From: Planctomycetota bacterium
GTDB lineage: Bacteria > Planctomycetota > B15-G4 > SIAN01
Assembly (NCBI GenBank): GCA_009691715.1
Contig: SIAN01000004.1
Span: 13,101 to 77,100 of the forward strand
Length of the DNA stretch: 64,000 bases
Direction of reading: 5' to 3'
A program made the translations under genes and the position numbers. Below are positions 1 through 8,656 of this stretch, piece after piece. Each line of letters opens with the position of its first letter. Within the stretch, counting starts at the first letter, position 1. The notes under the pieces are model-generated. The model worked only from the letters and a program-made list of their open reading frames with translations. It did not search any database and had not been told where the DNA came from.

Positions 1-48
1 CCACGGCAAGGATTGCGCCCGCGCGCGCAGCACGGTTCGCCGCACCAC

Positions 49-1194
49 TCATGGCGCCCCCCCATCGCCTTCCGCTTCGTTTTCACCGCCCGCTTCGGGT
101 GCGGCGGCGGGCCGGATGCCGCGTTTGGTGAGATGGGCCTGCTCGCGCAAGTGCCAAGCGGGCGGCCACTCCGGCACGACGCTCAACAGTGCATCGCACA
201 GCCGGATCGCGGCGTCGGCATCTCCCAACTTCAATTCGAGCGCTGCGAACTGCAACCGATGCTCGACATCCAGCGGGTTCAGCTCGGCAAGCTCGCGCAG
301 GATCACGCGGCGTTCCTCGTCGTCGGGCGCGCTGGCGCTGGCGACGCTGTCGGTCAGGCGATTCAGCCGCTTCCAGATCTCCAGATGGCGGCGGGCCCCT
401 TCGCGATCACCGGTGCGTTGGCAGCAGACCCGCATCGCGGCGTGCGCGGCCTTGTGGCCCGGCGCGGCATCGATCGCCACGTTGAGGTCGGTGAGCGCCT
501 CTTTGTGCCGATCGGCGTGCATCAACGCCTCGGCCCGCATGACGCGCGCCGCGGCCGATCGCGGCGCGGCGGCGATCGCGCGATCGAGATCGCCGAGCAT
601 GGTCACGGTCGCCGCCGGGTCGCTTGCGCCGCGCTTGATCGCGATATCGGCGCGCAACACCAAGAGCTCGGCGAGCTTCGCTCCCGCGACCGGCGGCGGC
701 GCGCCATCGCACAGCTCGGCGATCAACGGCAACGCCTCGTCGAACTCGACCAGCCGGGCATGGGCCACCGCGAGCGCCGAGATCACGTCCGGACGGCGGC
801 CGAGCACCTTGAGCGCGCGCGTCGCCGCCGACTTGGCGCGTGCGTCGCGCCGGAACGGCCAATCCGGCGACAGGTGCACGTAGGCGAGCGCGAGCCACGC
901 TTCGCCGTCGTCGGGCTGCTTCTTCACCAGTGCCTCGCCGGCCTTCGCGGCATCGATGAAGCGGCGTTGCTCGACCAGGGCGCGCAGCCCGCGGATCGCC
1001 TCGCTCTCCCCTCCAATCGGGCGCACGACTGGAGCGCTGCTCGCTTGCAGCGACGCGCGCGGCGTTGCGCTCGCCGAAGCACGCTGCGCGGCGGCGGCGC
1101 AGAGGCCGGACGAACCGGTCGCGCCGACCAGGAACGCCACGACCGCCGCGCAGAGTGGCACGAGTAAGACGCGCGCGCGTGGACGAGACACCAT
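49..1194 (-). CDS. TPR-repeat protein with N-terminal signal/membrane anchor
   Basis: Hydrophobic N-terminus (VLLVPLCAAVVAFLVG); repeated TPR-like helical patterns (PDDGEAWLALAYV, PRSAAARVMRAEAL, PGHKAAHAAM, PLDVEHRLQFAALEL). Confidence 0.7.
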   Translation of the reverse strand: MVSRPRARVLLVPLCAAVVAFLVGATGSSGLCAAAAQRASASATPRASLQASSAPVVRPIGGESEAIRGLRALVEQRRFIDAAKAGEALVKKQPDDGEAWLALAYVHLSPDWPFRRDARAKSAATRALKVLGRRPDVISALAVAHARLVEFDEALPLIAELCDGAPPPVAGAKLAELLVLRADIAIKRGASDPAATVTMLGDLDRAIAAAPRSAAARVMRAEALMHADRHKEALTDLNVAIDAAPGHKAAHAAMRVCCQRTGDREGARRHLEIWKRLNRLTDSVASASAPDDEERRVILRELAELNPLDVEHRLQFAALELKLGDADAAIRLCDALLSVVPEWPPAWHLREQAHLTKRGIRPAAAPEAGGENEAEGDGGAP

Positions 1195-1352
1195 CGAGAT
1201 TCCCTGAAGAGCGAGGAGACGATAGCCGCCGCGCGCAGCCGCGCCGCGCCCCGACGAACGCGCGCGCCGCGTCGCATGATCGCGGTACCATCGGCCGCCT
1301 GTTCGGCCTCACCCCACGCCGACGTCGACAGCAGGAGCGACGCACTCCACCC

Positions 1353-2633
1353 ATGGCGGCGACGACGCGACGGAAGATCCTTCTCGGCGCGGCTCTCTGG
1401 GTGGCGCTCATCGGTGCCGCCAGCCTTGCCGTGACGCAACTTCCGGCGGCGCAACGGATCAAGCTCGACTTGGTGCGTCTCGAACTGTCGCGCGCGCTGT
1501 TCGGCACGGCGCCCACCTACGACGCCGTTTTCGCCGGCGGCACGCTGATCGAGCGCGGCAATGGCGTGATGGCGCAGGTCGACGGCCGCCTCGAACGGGT
1601 GGGCGAGGTCGTGCGGGTGCGCACCGATCCGACCCGCCGCGCGGTCCGCGCGACCTTCGCACTCGACCGCCACAAGGTCGGTGTCGAAGAGTGGCGGCCG
1701 CGCTCCGGCGCCGTCGCCGTGCGCCGCTCGCAGGGTGCCTCGTTCCTGTTCGCGGTGAAGAAACTGCTCCCCAGCGGCCGCCTCGAGCGCGTGAAGCAGG
1801 AGTGGGCGATCTTCCGAACGCGCCATTCGCGGGAGCTCGCGCTCGAACTTCAACCCGTCGCGACCGAGCTGGCGAAGCAGGCGCTCGGCACCATCCTTGA
1901 CGAGCTGCCCGACGCGCTCGCCCGTCATCGCCGCGAGATCGATCTGCTCGGAACCGCGTTGCAGGGCGAGCTCGCCGGCGAGCCGATGAGCCGTCTGCTG
2001 GCCCAGGAACTCCTGCCCATCGTCGAGCGCCACGCCGCCGCGCCGGCCGAGGCGATCGGCCGCGAGCTGTGGGATCGCGTGCCGCTGATGAGCTTCGCGC
2101 TGCGCGCCGCCGCGGATCGGGTGCTGGAAGAACGGCCGGTGCGAGTCGAGGAGCGCTGGCGCAAGTTCGTCGACGAGGAGGCGCTGCCGGTCCTGCGCGC
2201 CCATCAGGCGGAGATCGAATCGGCGCTCGCGGCCATCGCGCGCGATGCCGCCGGCGATCCGGAACTTCGCGACGGCCTGAAGACGATCGCGGAGCGGGTG
2301 AAGAACGACCCGCTGGTGCAGGAGCTCTCACGCCGCCTGCTGCGCGAGCTCGTGACCGAGAATCCGCGCCTCGAGGCGTGGCTGCGCGAACTGCCTCAGG
2401 ATCCCGCATTGCGCGCGTGCCTCGAGCGGGCGTCGGCACAACTGCAGGAGTTCCTCGATCCGCTCGGCGACCTGCTGTTCCTCGACGCGACTGGACAAGG
2501 CATCAATCCCGACCTCGCGGAGCTGATTCGCCTGCTGCTGCTGCGCCGCGACGCGCAACTGCTCCACGTGGAGGGGAACGACGGCGAGCCGCTCGCGCCG
2601 GGCGGCGAGCTCGAAGGTCGCCATGACGGGTGA
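1353..2633 (+). CDS. Membrane-anchored MlaD/MCE-like protein with long helical C-terminus
   Basis: ATG 1353; N-terminal TM helix; MCE-like segment (GNGV...RVGEVVRV); overlaps the downstream MlaF-MlaE-like gene. Confidence 0.55.
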   Translation: MAATTRRKILLGAALWVALIGAASLAVTQLPAAQRIKLDLVRLELSRALFGTAPTYDAVFAGGTLIERGNGVMAQVDGRLERVGEVVRVRTDPTRRAVRATFALDRHKVGVEEWRPRSGAVAVRRSQGASFLFAVKKLLPSGRLERVKQEWAIFRTRHSRELALELQPVATELAKQALGTILDELPDALARHRREIDLLGTALQGELAGEPMSRLLAQELLPIVERHAAAPAEAIGRELWDRVPLMSFALRAAADRVLEERPVRVEERWRKFVDEEALPVLRAHQAEIESALAAIARDAAGDPELRDGLKTIAERVKNDPLVQELSRRLLRELVTENPRLEAWLRELPQDPALRACLERASAQLQEFLDPLGDLLFLDATGQGINPDLAELIRLLLLRRDAQLLHVEGNDGEPLAPGGELEGRHDG

Positions 2634-4248
2634 ACCGGTCGCAGCAGCGCTGGCGCCACCGGCGATCGAGGCGCGCGCGCTCACCCTCTCGATCGGCACG
2701 CATGTGCTCCTGCACTCCGCGTCGTTCGACGTGCGCCGGGGCGAGCTCGTGCTGCTGTGCGGGCCGTCGGGCGCCGGCAAGACGGTGCTGCTCAAGCTGC
2801 TGGCGGGCGTGCTGCGCGCGGGCACCGGCGCGTTGACTGCGGACGGCGAACTGCGCTTCGAGGCGACCGACCTGCTGGCGCAGCCGCCACCCCCCGGCCG
2901 GGTCGGCGTCCTGTTCCAGAACCACGCGTTGTTCGATGAACTCTCGCCCGAGGAAAACGTGCTCTTCGCGCTGCGCCATCGGGCGCCTCCACGCGCGGGC
3001 GCCGCGGCGGCCGGCACTTCGTCCGCGAGCACGCCGCCAACCGACCGCGAGCGCGCGCACGCGCTCCTCTCTGAGCTCGGCGTCGCGGGCATCGGCAAGC
3101 TGCGCCATCTGAGCGGAGGCCAGCTTCAGCGGGTGGCTCTGGCGCGCACGCTCGCGCTCGATCCCGACCTGCTGCTCTACGACGAGCCAACCACCGGCCT
3201 CGATCCCGCCAACGCGAAGAACGTCGCTGCGATGATTCAGTCCGCGCACGCCGCGCGGCCGCGCACCACCGTGATCGTGACCCACGACCTCGCCGCGTTC
3301 CGCGGCATCGCGCGCGAGGTGCTCTGGCTCGCGCCGGAAGAGCGGGCGCTGCTCCGCCTGCCGCTCGACCGCGCAGTCGAGCGTGCCGAGACCCGGCATC
3401 GGACCGAAAAGCCCGCCGCCGATGAGGCGCTCCCGTTCTGGATCATCCGGTTCCTGGCGAAGAGCGGCGAGGCGCTCGAGGCGTTCGCGACCGCGTTGCT
3501 GCGCCTCCTCCCGACCTGGCCGCGCGCGCGCTACGGGGTGCGCTACCTGCTGCACTACCTGCGCATCGCCGCCTCGCCGGGCGCGTTCCTCTACGTGGGC
3601 GCGGCCGGTCTGCTGCTCGGGTTCGTCGCCACCTACTTCGCGTTCGAGAAGATGCCCAAGCGCGGGTTCATCGAACCGCTCTTCGTCGACGACGTGCTCT
3701 CCGCGCTCGGCTTCATGATGTTCCGCGTGCTCGCGCCACTGCTGGTCACGTTGCTGATCGCCGCGCGCACCGGCGCCGCATTCGCCGCGGACATCGGCGG
3801 CAAGGTCTACGCCCGCCAGTTCGACGCGCTGCGCTCGTTCGGCGTCGACCCGTCGCGCTACCTGCTGACCGCGCTCTCCTGGTCACTGCTGCTGGCGATG
3901 CCGCTCTTGGTCTGGACCATGTGGTGGACAGCCGAGATCTCAAGCCTCGGCGTCTTCCTCTGGAGCCATCCAGAACGCAACGCCTTCTATTGGGAACGCG
4001 CCTTCACCCGCGGACTGGTGAACGAAGACTTCCCGCTGCATTGGGGTTGGGACTGGGTGGTGGCGAAAACCGAGGTCTGCGCGCTCGGGATCGCGGCCGC
4101 CGCGTGGTTCATCGGCTCGCGGGAGAAGCTCGCAGCGGACGACGTGAGCCGTTCGGTCACGCGCACCGTGATCGGCGCGTCGCTGTGGGTCCTCTTCGTC
4201 CACTTCCTGTTCGCGTTCGTCGAGTTCAAGAGCAACAACACGACCTGA
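2623..4248 (+). CDS. ABC ATPase fused to MlaE-like permease
   Basis: Walker A GPSGAGKT, signature LSGGQ, Walker B LLLYDE, H-loop VTHD; C-terminal half has MlaE motifs (APLLVTLLIAARTGAAFAADIG, QFDALRSFGVDPSRYL). Confidence 0.85.
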   Translation: MTGEPVAAALAPPAIEARALTLSIGTHVLLHSASFDVRRGELVLLCGPSGAGKTVLLKLLAGVLRAGTGALTADGELRFEATDLLAQPPPPGRVGVLFQNHALFDELSPEENVLFALRHRAPPRAGAAAAGTSSASTPPTDRERAHALLSELGVAGIGKLRHLSGGQLQRVALARTLALDPDLLLYDEPTTGLDPANAKNVAAMIQSAHAARPRTTVIVTHDLAAFRGIAREVLWLAPEERALLRLPLDRAVERAETRHRTEKPAADEALPFWIIRFLAKSGEALEAFATALLRLLPTWPRARYGVRYLLHYLRIAASPGAFLYVGAAGLLLGFVATYFAFEKMPKRGFIEPLFVDDVLSALGFMMFRVLAPLLVTLLIAARTGAAFAADIGGKVYARQFDALRSFGVDPSRYLLTALSWSLLLAMPLLVWTMWWTAEISSLGVFLWSHPERNAFYWERAFTRGLVNEDFPLHWGWDWVVAKTEVCALGIAAAAWFIGSREKLAADDVSRSVTRTVIGASLWVLFVHFLFAFVEFKSNNTT

Positions 4249-4284
4249 CGCGGGGCAGCCGGAAGCGGTTCATCCGGACGTAGC

Positions 4285-5466
4285 TCAACGGCCCGCGGCC
4301 CGCGTGCGACCGCGAGCGCGCGCGACGATCCAGTCCCGCATCGCGGGCACCGTCTGGCGCTCGAACTCGGCGGAGAGGCGCAGTTCGAGGAACGTCGCGA
4401 ACAGCCCGTCGACGACATCGCACAACTCGAACAGCCAGCCGGCGCGCTGCTCGTCGCCGGCGCGCAGGTTCTCGTCGGTGATCTCCTCCGCCTCGGCCTC
4501 GATCTTGATCGACTCAAGGTCGAGGGTCGCACCACTCAACGAGACGTTGAAGCTCTTCTCACCGCGGGCGATCACCAGGCGCGCCTTCTGCGGCAGCTTT
4601 CCGGCAAGGAGGGCCGATCCCGCTTCCGCCGCGCGCGTCGGCGTCTCACCGCGCACGGTCACGCGCCCGCCACCCTCGCCGCCGCCGAGCTCGAGCAGCG
4701 AATCGAACGCGACGCCGACTTCGCCGAGGTCTTGCAGCTCGAACTTTCCGCCCGCCGCTTCACACTGGTGCCAGAGCCAGAGCAGGAACTCGGCGCCAAG
4801 GAACGCCGGCGAGTCGGGGACCGCGACCACGCCGCCATCGATGAAGATTGCTGGGCTGACTTCGGCGATCTTTTTCGCAGCCCCTTTCGAGGCGCCCGCC
4901 AGCTGCACGGCCAGCGCCGCGGTCGGCAACGGCTCCGGTGAAGTCCCAAAAGTCTCGTTGAACAACGCACGGAAGGCGACGTTGGCGCCATCGGCGGTGG
5001 TGTTGAGCAGCAGCCGGCCGCGCTCCGGCTCGAAGAACATCGCGTAGAGCGCGGTCGCCGGGACGACGCGGGCCATCAGCTCGCTCTCGAGCTTTTCGAC
5101 GATCTCGCGCCGACGGGCCGGTGCGATCCGCTCGCCCGCCTCGCGCCGCTCGCCCGCCTCCGCCTCCATGCGCCGCACGCGAAGCGCGCCCGCCGGGAGC
5201 TTCTTCTGGTCGATGCGGACCGCCGCGCCGAGGACCTTCCCGAGCCAGTGATCCTCGGCCACGAAGCCGCGCGGCGTGGTGCCATCGGGGCGGCACCAGC
5301 CGACCGAACTCACCTCGCTACCGGCCGCGTCGATCGAGCGGAAGCGGTTCGACTGCAGCCGCTTCTCGAGCGCTTCGCCGTCGTCGCGTAGTCGGCGCGC
5401 ACCGCCTTCGAGCGCCTTCGAGTCGAGCAGGTAGCGGCGGAACGAGCCGGAAGCGCGGACACGCAT
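4285..5466 (-). CDS. RdgC-like recombination-associated protein
   Basis: SGSFRRY start, SVGW, RIDQKKLP and FLGAEFLLWLW segments recalled from RdgC-like proteins; start placed at ATG 5466. Confidence 0.6.
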   Translation of the reverse strand: MRVRASGSFRRYLLDSKALEGGARRLRDDGEALEKRLQSNRFRSIDAAGSEVSSVGWCRPDGTTPRGFVAEDHWLGKVLGAAVRIDQKKLPAGALRVRRMEAEAGERREAGERIAPARRREIVEKLESELMARVVPATALYAMFFEPERGRLLLNTTADGANVAFRALFNETFGTSPEPLPTAALAVQLAGASKGAAKKIAEVSPAIFIDGGVVAVPDSPAFLGAEFLLWLWHQCEAAGGKFELQDLGEVGVAFDSLLELGGGEGGGRVTVRGETPTRAAEAGSALLAGKLPQKARLVIARGEKSFNVSLSGATLDLESIKIEAEAEEITDENLRAGDEQRAGWLFELCDVVDGLFATFLELRLSAEFERQTVPAMRDWIVARARGRTRAAGR

Positions 5467-5750
5467 GGGGCAGGGTGCCGATGGAGCAGCGGAAGAGCAG
5501 CGCTGCAGTGCGGGCCGAGGCGCGACCGCCATCCGGCGCATCTCGGCCCGCATGCAGCGGCGCGGAGTTGTAGCGAGGACGCGGACGGTGAAAAGAGGGT
5601 CGCGGAATTCGGCCGCAATCGCGCGACGACCGCGAGCGGTTCGATGCGCGCGTTGGTCAACACTTGTCCACAGCTTCGGCAACGCGGCGCGAGGCTCGCG
5701 CGGCGCGCCGCGCTTGCAACGGCGCCGCGCCCTGCTCTAGAAACGGCGCC

Positions 5751-6317
5751 GTGAATCCGTCACCCACGCGCGTGCTCGTGCTGTTCGCCACCGGTTTCGA
5801 GGAGATCGAGACCATCACGATCGTCGACGTGCTGCGGCGCGCCGACCTCGAGGTGGTGACCGCGAGTCCGGGCGGCGGACTCATCACCGGCAGCCACGCG
5901 ATCGCAGTCGAGAGCGAGCGGCGTTTCGCCGAGCTTTCGGCGCGCGACTTCGCAGCGGTGGTGCTGCCGGGAGGGATGCAAAACGCGCGCACGCTGTCGA
6001 CCGATCGCGAGGCACAACGGCTGATCCGCGAGGCGCGTGATCTCGATCGCGTCGTCGGCGCGATCTGCGCTGCACCGATCGCGCTCAAGACCGCGAACGT
6101 AATCCGCGGTGCACGCATCACCAGCCATCCGGGGGTCGCGAGCGAGCTCGCCGGCGAGCGCTACGGCGAAGAGCGCGTCGTGCGCGACGGCAAGCTCATC
6201 ACCAGTCGCGGCCCCGGTACGGCGCTCGAATTCGCGCTGGCACTGGTCGCCGAGCTGTGCGGCCCTGAACACGCCGCCGCGGTCGCCGCGCCGATGGTGC
6301 TACTACCGAGGGCGTGA
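5751..6317 (+). CDS. DJ-1/PfpI family protein (YajL/ThiJ-like)
   Basis: GFEEIE, DVLRRA, VLPGG, AICAAP nucleophile elbow, TSRGPGT; GTG start. Confidence 0.92.
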   Translation: MNPSPTRVLVLFATGFEEIETITIVDVLRRADLEVVTASPGGGLITGSHAIAVESERRFAELSARDFAAVVLPGGMQNARTLSTDREAQRLIREARDLDRVVGAICAAPIALKTANVIRGARITSHPGVASELAGERYGEERVVRDGKLITSRGPGTALEFALALVAELCGPEHAAAVAAPMVLLPRA

Positions 6318-6318
6318 C

Positions 6319-6633
6319 ATGCATGCCGCCGCCCGCTTCGAATGCACGCTCTGCGGCAATCCGCTCGGGGCGCGGCGCGTCCGACAGGGAGTGACCACCC
6401 ATCCCGGTTGCCGTCGCGCCTTGGCCCCCACCGAGGTCGAACGAGCGCTGGCCGTGGCCCAGGCGACGCTCGAACGGCTGAGCGTGCCGGGAGTCGCCGT
6501 CGATGCCGACGCCGAGCTCGGACGCCTGCTGAAGCTGGCGACGCGCCAGGCGGCAGAGCTGATCGGCGACTTGAAGCAGTTGCGCAGCTACGTCGGCGGT
6601 GCGCCCGACCATACTTCCCCGCGACCGCGGTGA
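6319..6633 (+). CDS. Small protein with DksA/TraR-like CxxC...HxxC zinc-finger pattern
   Basis: ATG 1 nt after the DJ-1 stop; ECTLCGNPLGARRV...THPGC followed by a helical tail. Confidence 0.5.
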   Translation: MHAAARFECTLCGNPLGARRVRQGVTTHPGCRRALAPTEVERALAVAQATLERLSVPGVAVDADAELGRLLKLATRQAAELIGDLKQLRSYVGGAPDHTSPRPR

Positions 6634-6674
6634 ACTCGACCACGCACTCGGGAATGAGATCGGAGCAGAGCCTC

Positions 6675-7418
6675 ATGATGCGATCGAACCTGCGACTCGA
6701 TGCGGAGCGCGCCACGGCGACGTGTCTCCGCGGAGTCCTCCTGACCGCCGCGCTCGCGCTCGCAGCGTGCGCAGCCGCTGGCGCAGACGCGCTGGTGGAC
6801 GAAGATGCCGAGCAGCCTTCGATCGCGGGCTGCGAGCGCGCGCTCGAAGCGGCGCGCGCCGAGTTCGACAAGTGCGCGGTCGATCTCGTGGCGCAACAGC
6901 GCGCCGCGATCGCCGCTGCCGGCGAGGCGCAGGATGAACTCGCCGACGCGCAGCGCGCCCGGGCTGCGTTCGAGCGATCGCGTCCACTCGCGCAACGCAA
7001 GGCCGCGCTCGAGGTCGACACCGCGCGCACCGCGCTGGCCGAGAACGAGGAGGAGCTGGTTCAGCTCGAATTGATGTACGCCGAGCAGGACCTCGCGGAC
7101 AAGACCCGCGAGCTGGTGCTGGCACGCACGCGGCGACGGCTCGAGCAGAGTCGCGCGGAGCTCGCGCTGGCGATCGACCAGCTGGCACTGCAGGCCGCGG
7201 TCGCGCACCCGGCGGAGCAGGCGACGCTCGACGCCGCCGTCGAAGCGAAACAGCGCGCGGTCGACGGCGCGGCAGCCGGCAGCTTGGCGGCGTCGCGAGG
7301 ACAGCAGATCGCCGAGCTCAAGGCGCGCCACGCCGTCGCGGATGCCGAGGAGGCGCTGGCGAAGGCGCGGGCCGCACTCGAAAAGAGCAGGGAAAGCAGC
7401 CCGGGCGATCGGAAGTGA
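6675..7418 (+). CDS. Putative coiled-coil lipoprotein
   Basis: Hydrophobic stretch ending in lipobox LAAC; Ala/Glu/Leu-rich heptads; GTGA overlap with next gene. Confidence 0.6.
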   Translation: MMRSNLRLDAERATATCLRGVLLTAALALAACAAAGADALVDEDAEQPSIAGCERALEAARAEFDKCAVDLVAQQRAAIAAAGEAQDELADAQRARAAFERSRPLAQRKAALEVDTARTALAENEEELVQLELMYAEQDLADKTRELVLARTRRRLEQSRAELALAIDQLALQAAVAHPAEQATLDAAVEAKQRAVDGAAAGSLAASRGQQIAELKARHAVADAEEALAKARAALEKSRESSPGDRK

Positions 7419-8656
7419 GCGGGATGCGGCCGCTGCGGGCGCCGCGACGGGTCGTGATCGCGGTTGCGGCGATCTGCGCGGTGGTTTTCGGCGCGAGCGC
7501 GAACGCAACGCAGGAGGCGCCCGCCGCTCCAACGAGCCGCGCGGTGCCGCCGCTCGCCATCCGCAGCGCGCCGCCATCGCTCACCGAAATCGATGCCGGA
7601 TTGGCTCGCGCGATCGCGTGGCTGCGCCCCGCGCAGAAGCCGTGCGGAGCGTGGGGCGGCGCCGGCAACACGCTGGCGCATGAGGTCTGGCCGAACGTCG
7701 AAGCGCACCGCTCATGGCAGGTGGCGACCACGGGACTGGTGGTCGAGACGCTGCTGCGGCATGGCGGCGCAGAGGACGCCGAATGCCGGGCGCAGGTGGA
7801 GCGCGCGGTCGACTGGATGGTGGCGAACCACGACTTGCGCCGCTGCGACGACTGGGACATCGACAACGTCTGGGGCTTCGTCTACGGGCTCGAGGCGCTC
7901 GCCGTCGCAAAGGTGCACCCTTGGTTCGCCGACTCGCCGCGCCGTCCCGCGATCGACGCGGCGATCGCCAAGCTGCTCGTGCGGATCGCGGCCTACCAGT
8001 CGCCCAATGGTGGGTTCGGCTACTACGCCAACGCGATTGACGCTTGGCGGCCGCAATGGGCAACCTCGTTCACCACCGCGGCGATGGTGCTGGCGATCGA
8101 GAAGGCGCGCGCGGCAGGCGCCACGTTTCCGCCGGAGCCGCTCGCAGCCATGCGCCGCGCCGTCGCCCGCAGCCGGCTCCCGAGCGGCGCCTTCACCTAC
8201 GACGTGATGGCGCTGCCGGCTCCCGACTCGGTCGACGGGATCAACGATCCGCGCGGTTCGCTCGGCCGGATCGCCGTGTGCGACCTGGCGCTTCTCAACT
8301 CGCGAAGCGCGCCGTCCGCGGCAACGCTCGCGCGCGGCGTCGACCTCTTCTTCCGCCACCACGCGTATCTCGACATCGCGCGGATGCGGCCGATGCCGCA
8401 CGAGGCCTTCCACTTCAACTCCGGCTACTTCTATTGCTTCGGCCACCACTACCTCGGCGAGCTCCTGCCGCAGTTGCCGCCGGCGCTGAAGCGCGATGCC
8501 GCCGGCAAGCTCGCCTTCGAGGTGCTGAAGACGCAGGAGCGCGATGGCGCCTGCTGGGATTACTACTTCGCCGACCACTCCAAGGCCTACGCGACCGCCT
8601 TCTCGGCCATGGCGCTCGGCAGCGCGCGCAGGGCGCTGTCCGTTGCCGGCGACTAG
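7415..8656 (+). CDS. Exported prenyltransferase/squalene-oxidase-repeat (alpha-alpha barrel) protein
   Basis: Signal peptide (…GASANA); QW-like repeats QKPCGAW, QSPNGGFGY, RLPSGAFTY, QERDGACW. Confidence 0.7.
   Translation: MSGMRPLRAPRRVVIAVAAICAVVFGASANATQEAPAAPTSRAVPPLAIRSAPPSLTEIDAGLARAIAWLRPAQKPCGAWGGAGNTLAHEVWPNVEAHRSWQVATTGLVVETLLRHGGAEDAECRAQVERAVDWMVANHDLRRCDDWDIDNVWGFVYGLEALAVAKVHPWFADSPRRPAIDAAIAKLLVRIAAYQSPNGGFGYYANAIDAWRPQWATSFTTAAMVLAIEKARAAGATFPPEPLAAMRRAVARSRLPSGAFTYDVMALPAPDSVDGINDPRGSLGRIAVCDLALLNSRSAPSAATLARGVDLFFRHHAYLDIARMRPMPHEAFHFNSGYFYCFGHHYLGELLPQLPPALKRDAAGKLAFEVLKTQERDGACWDYYFADHSKAYATAFSAMALGSARRALSVAGD

Noticed and set aside
5664..5672. DnaA-box-like TTGTCCACA suggesting oriC
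   Set aside because: A single box with no cluster, no AT-rich unwinding region and no dnaA/dnaN nearby.
7415..8656. Squalene-hopene cyclase
   Set aside because: Too short, has a signal peptide and lacks the DxDD motif.
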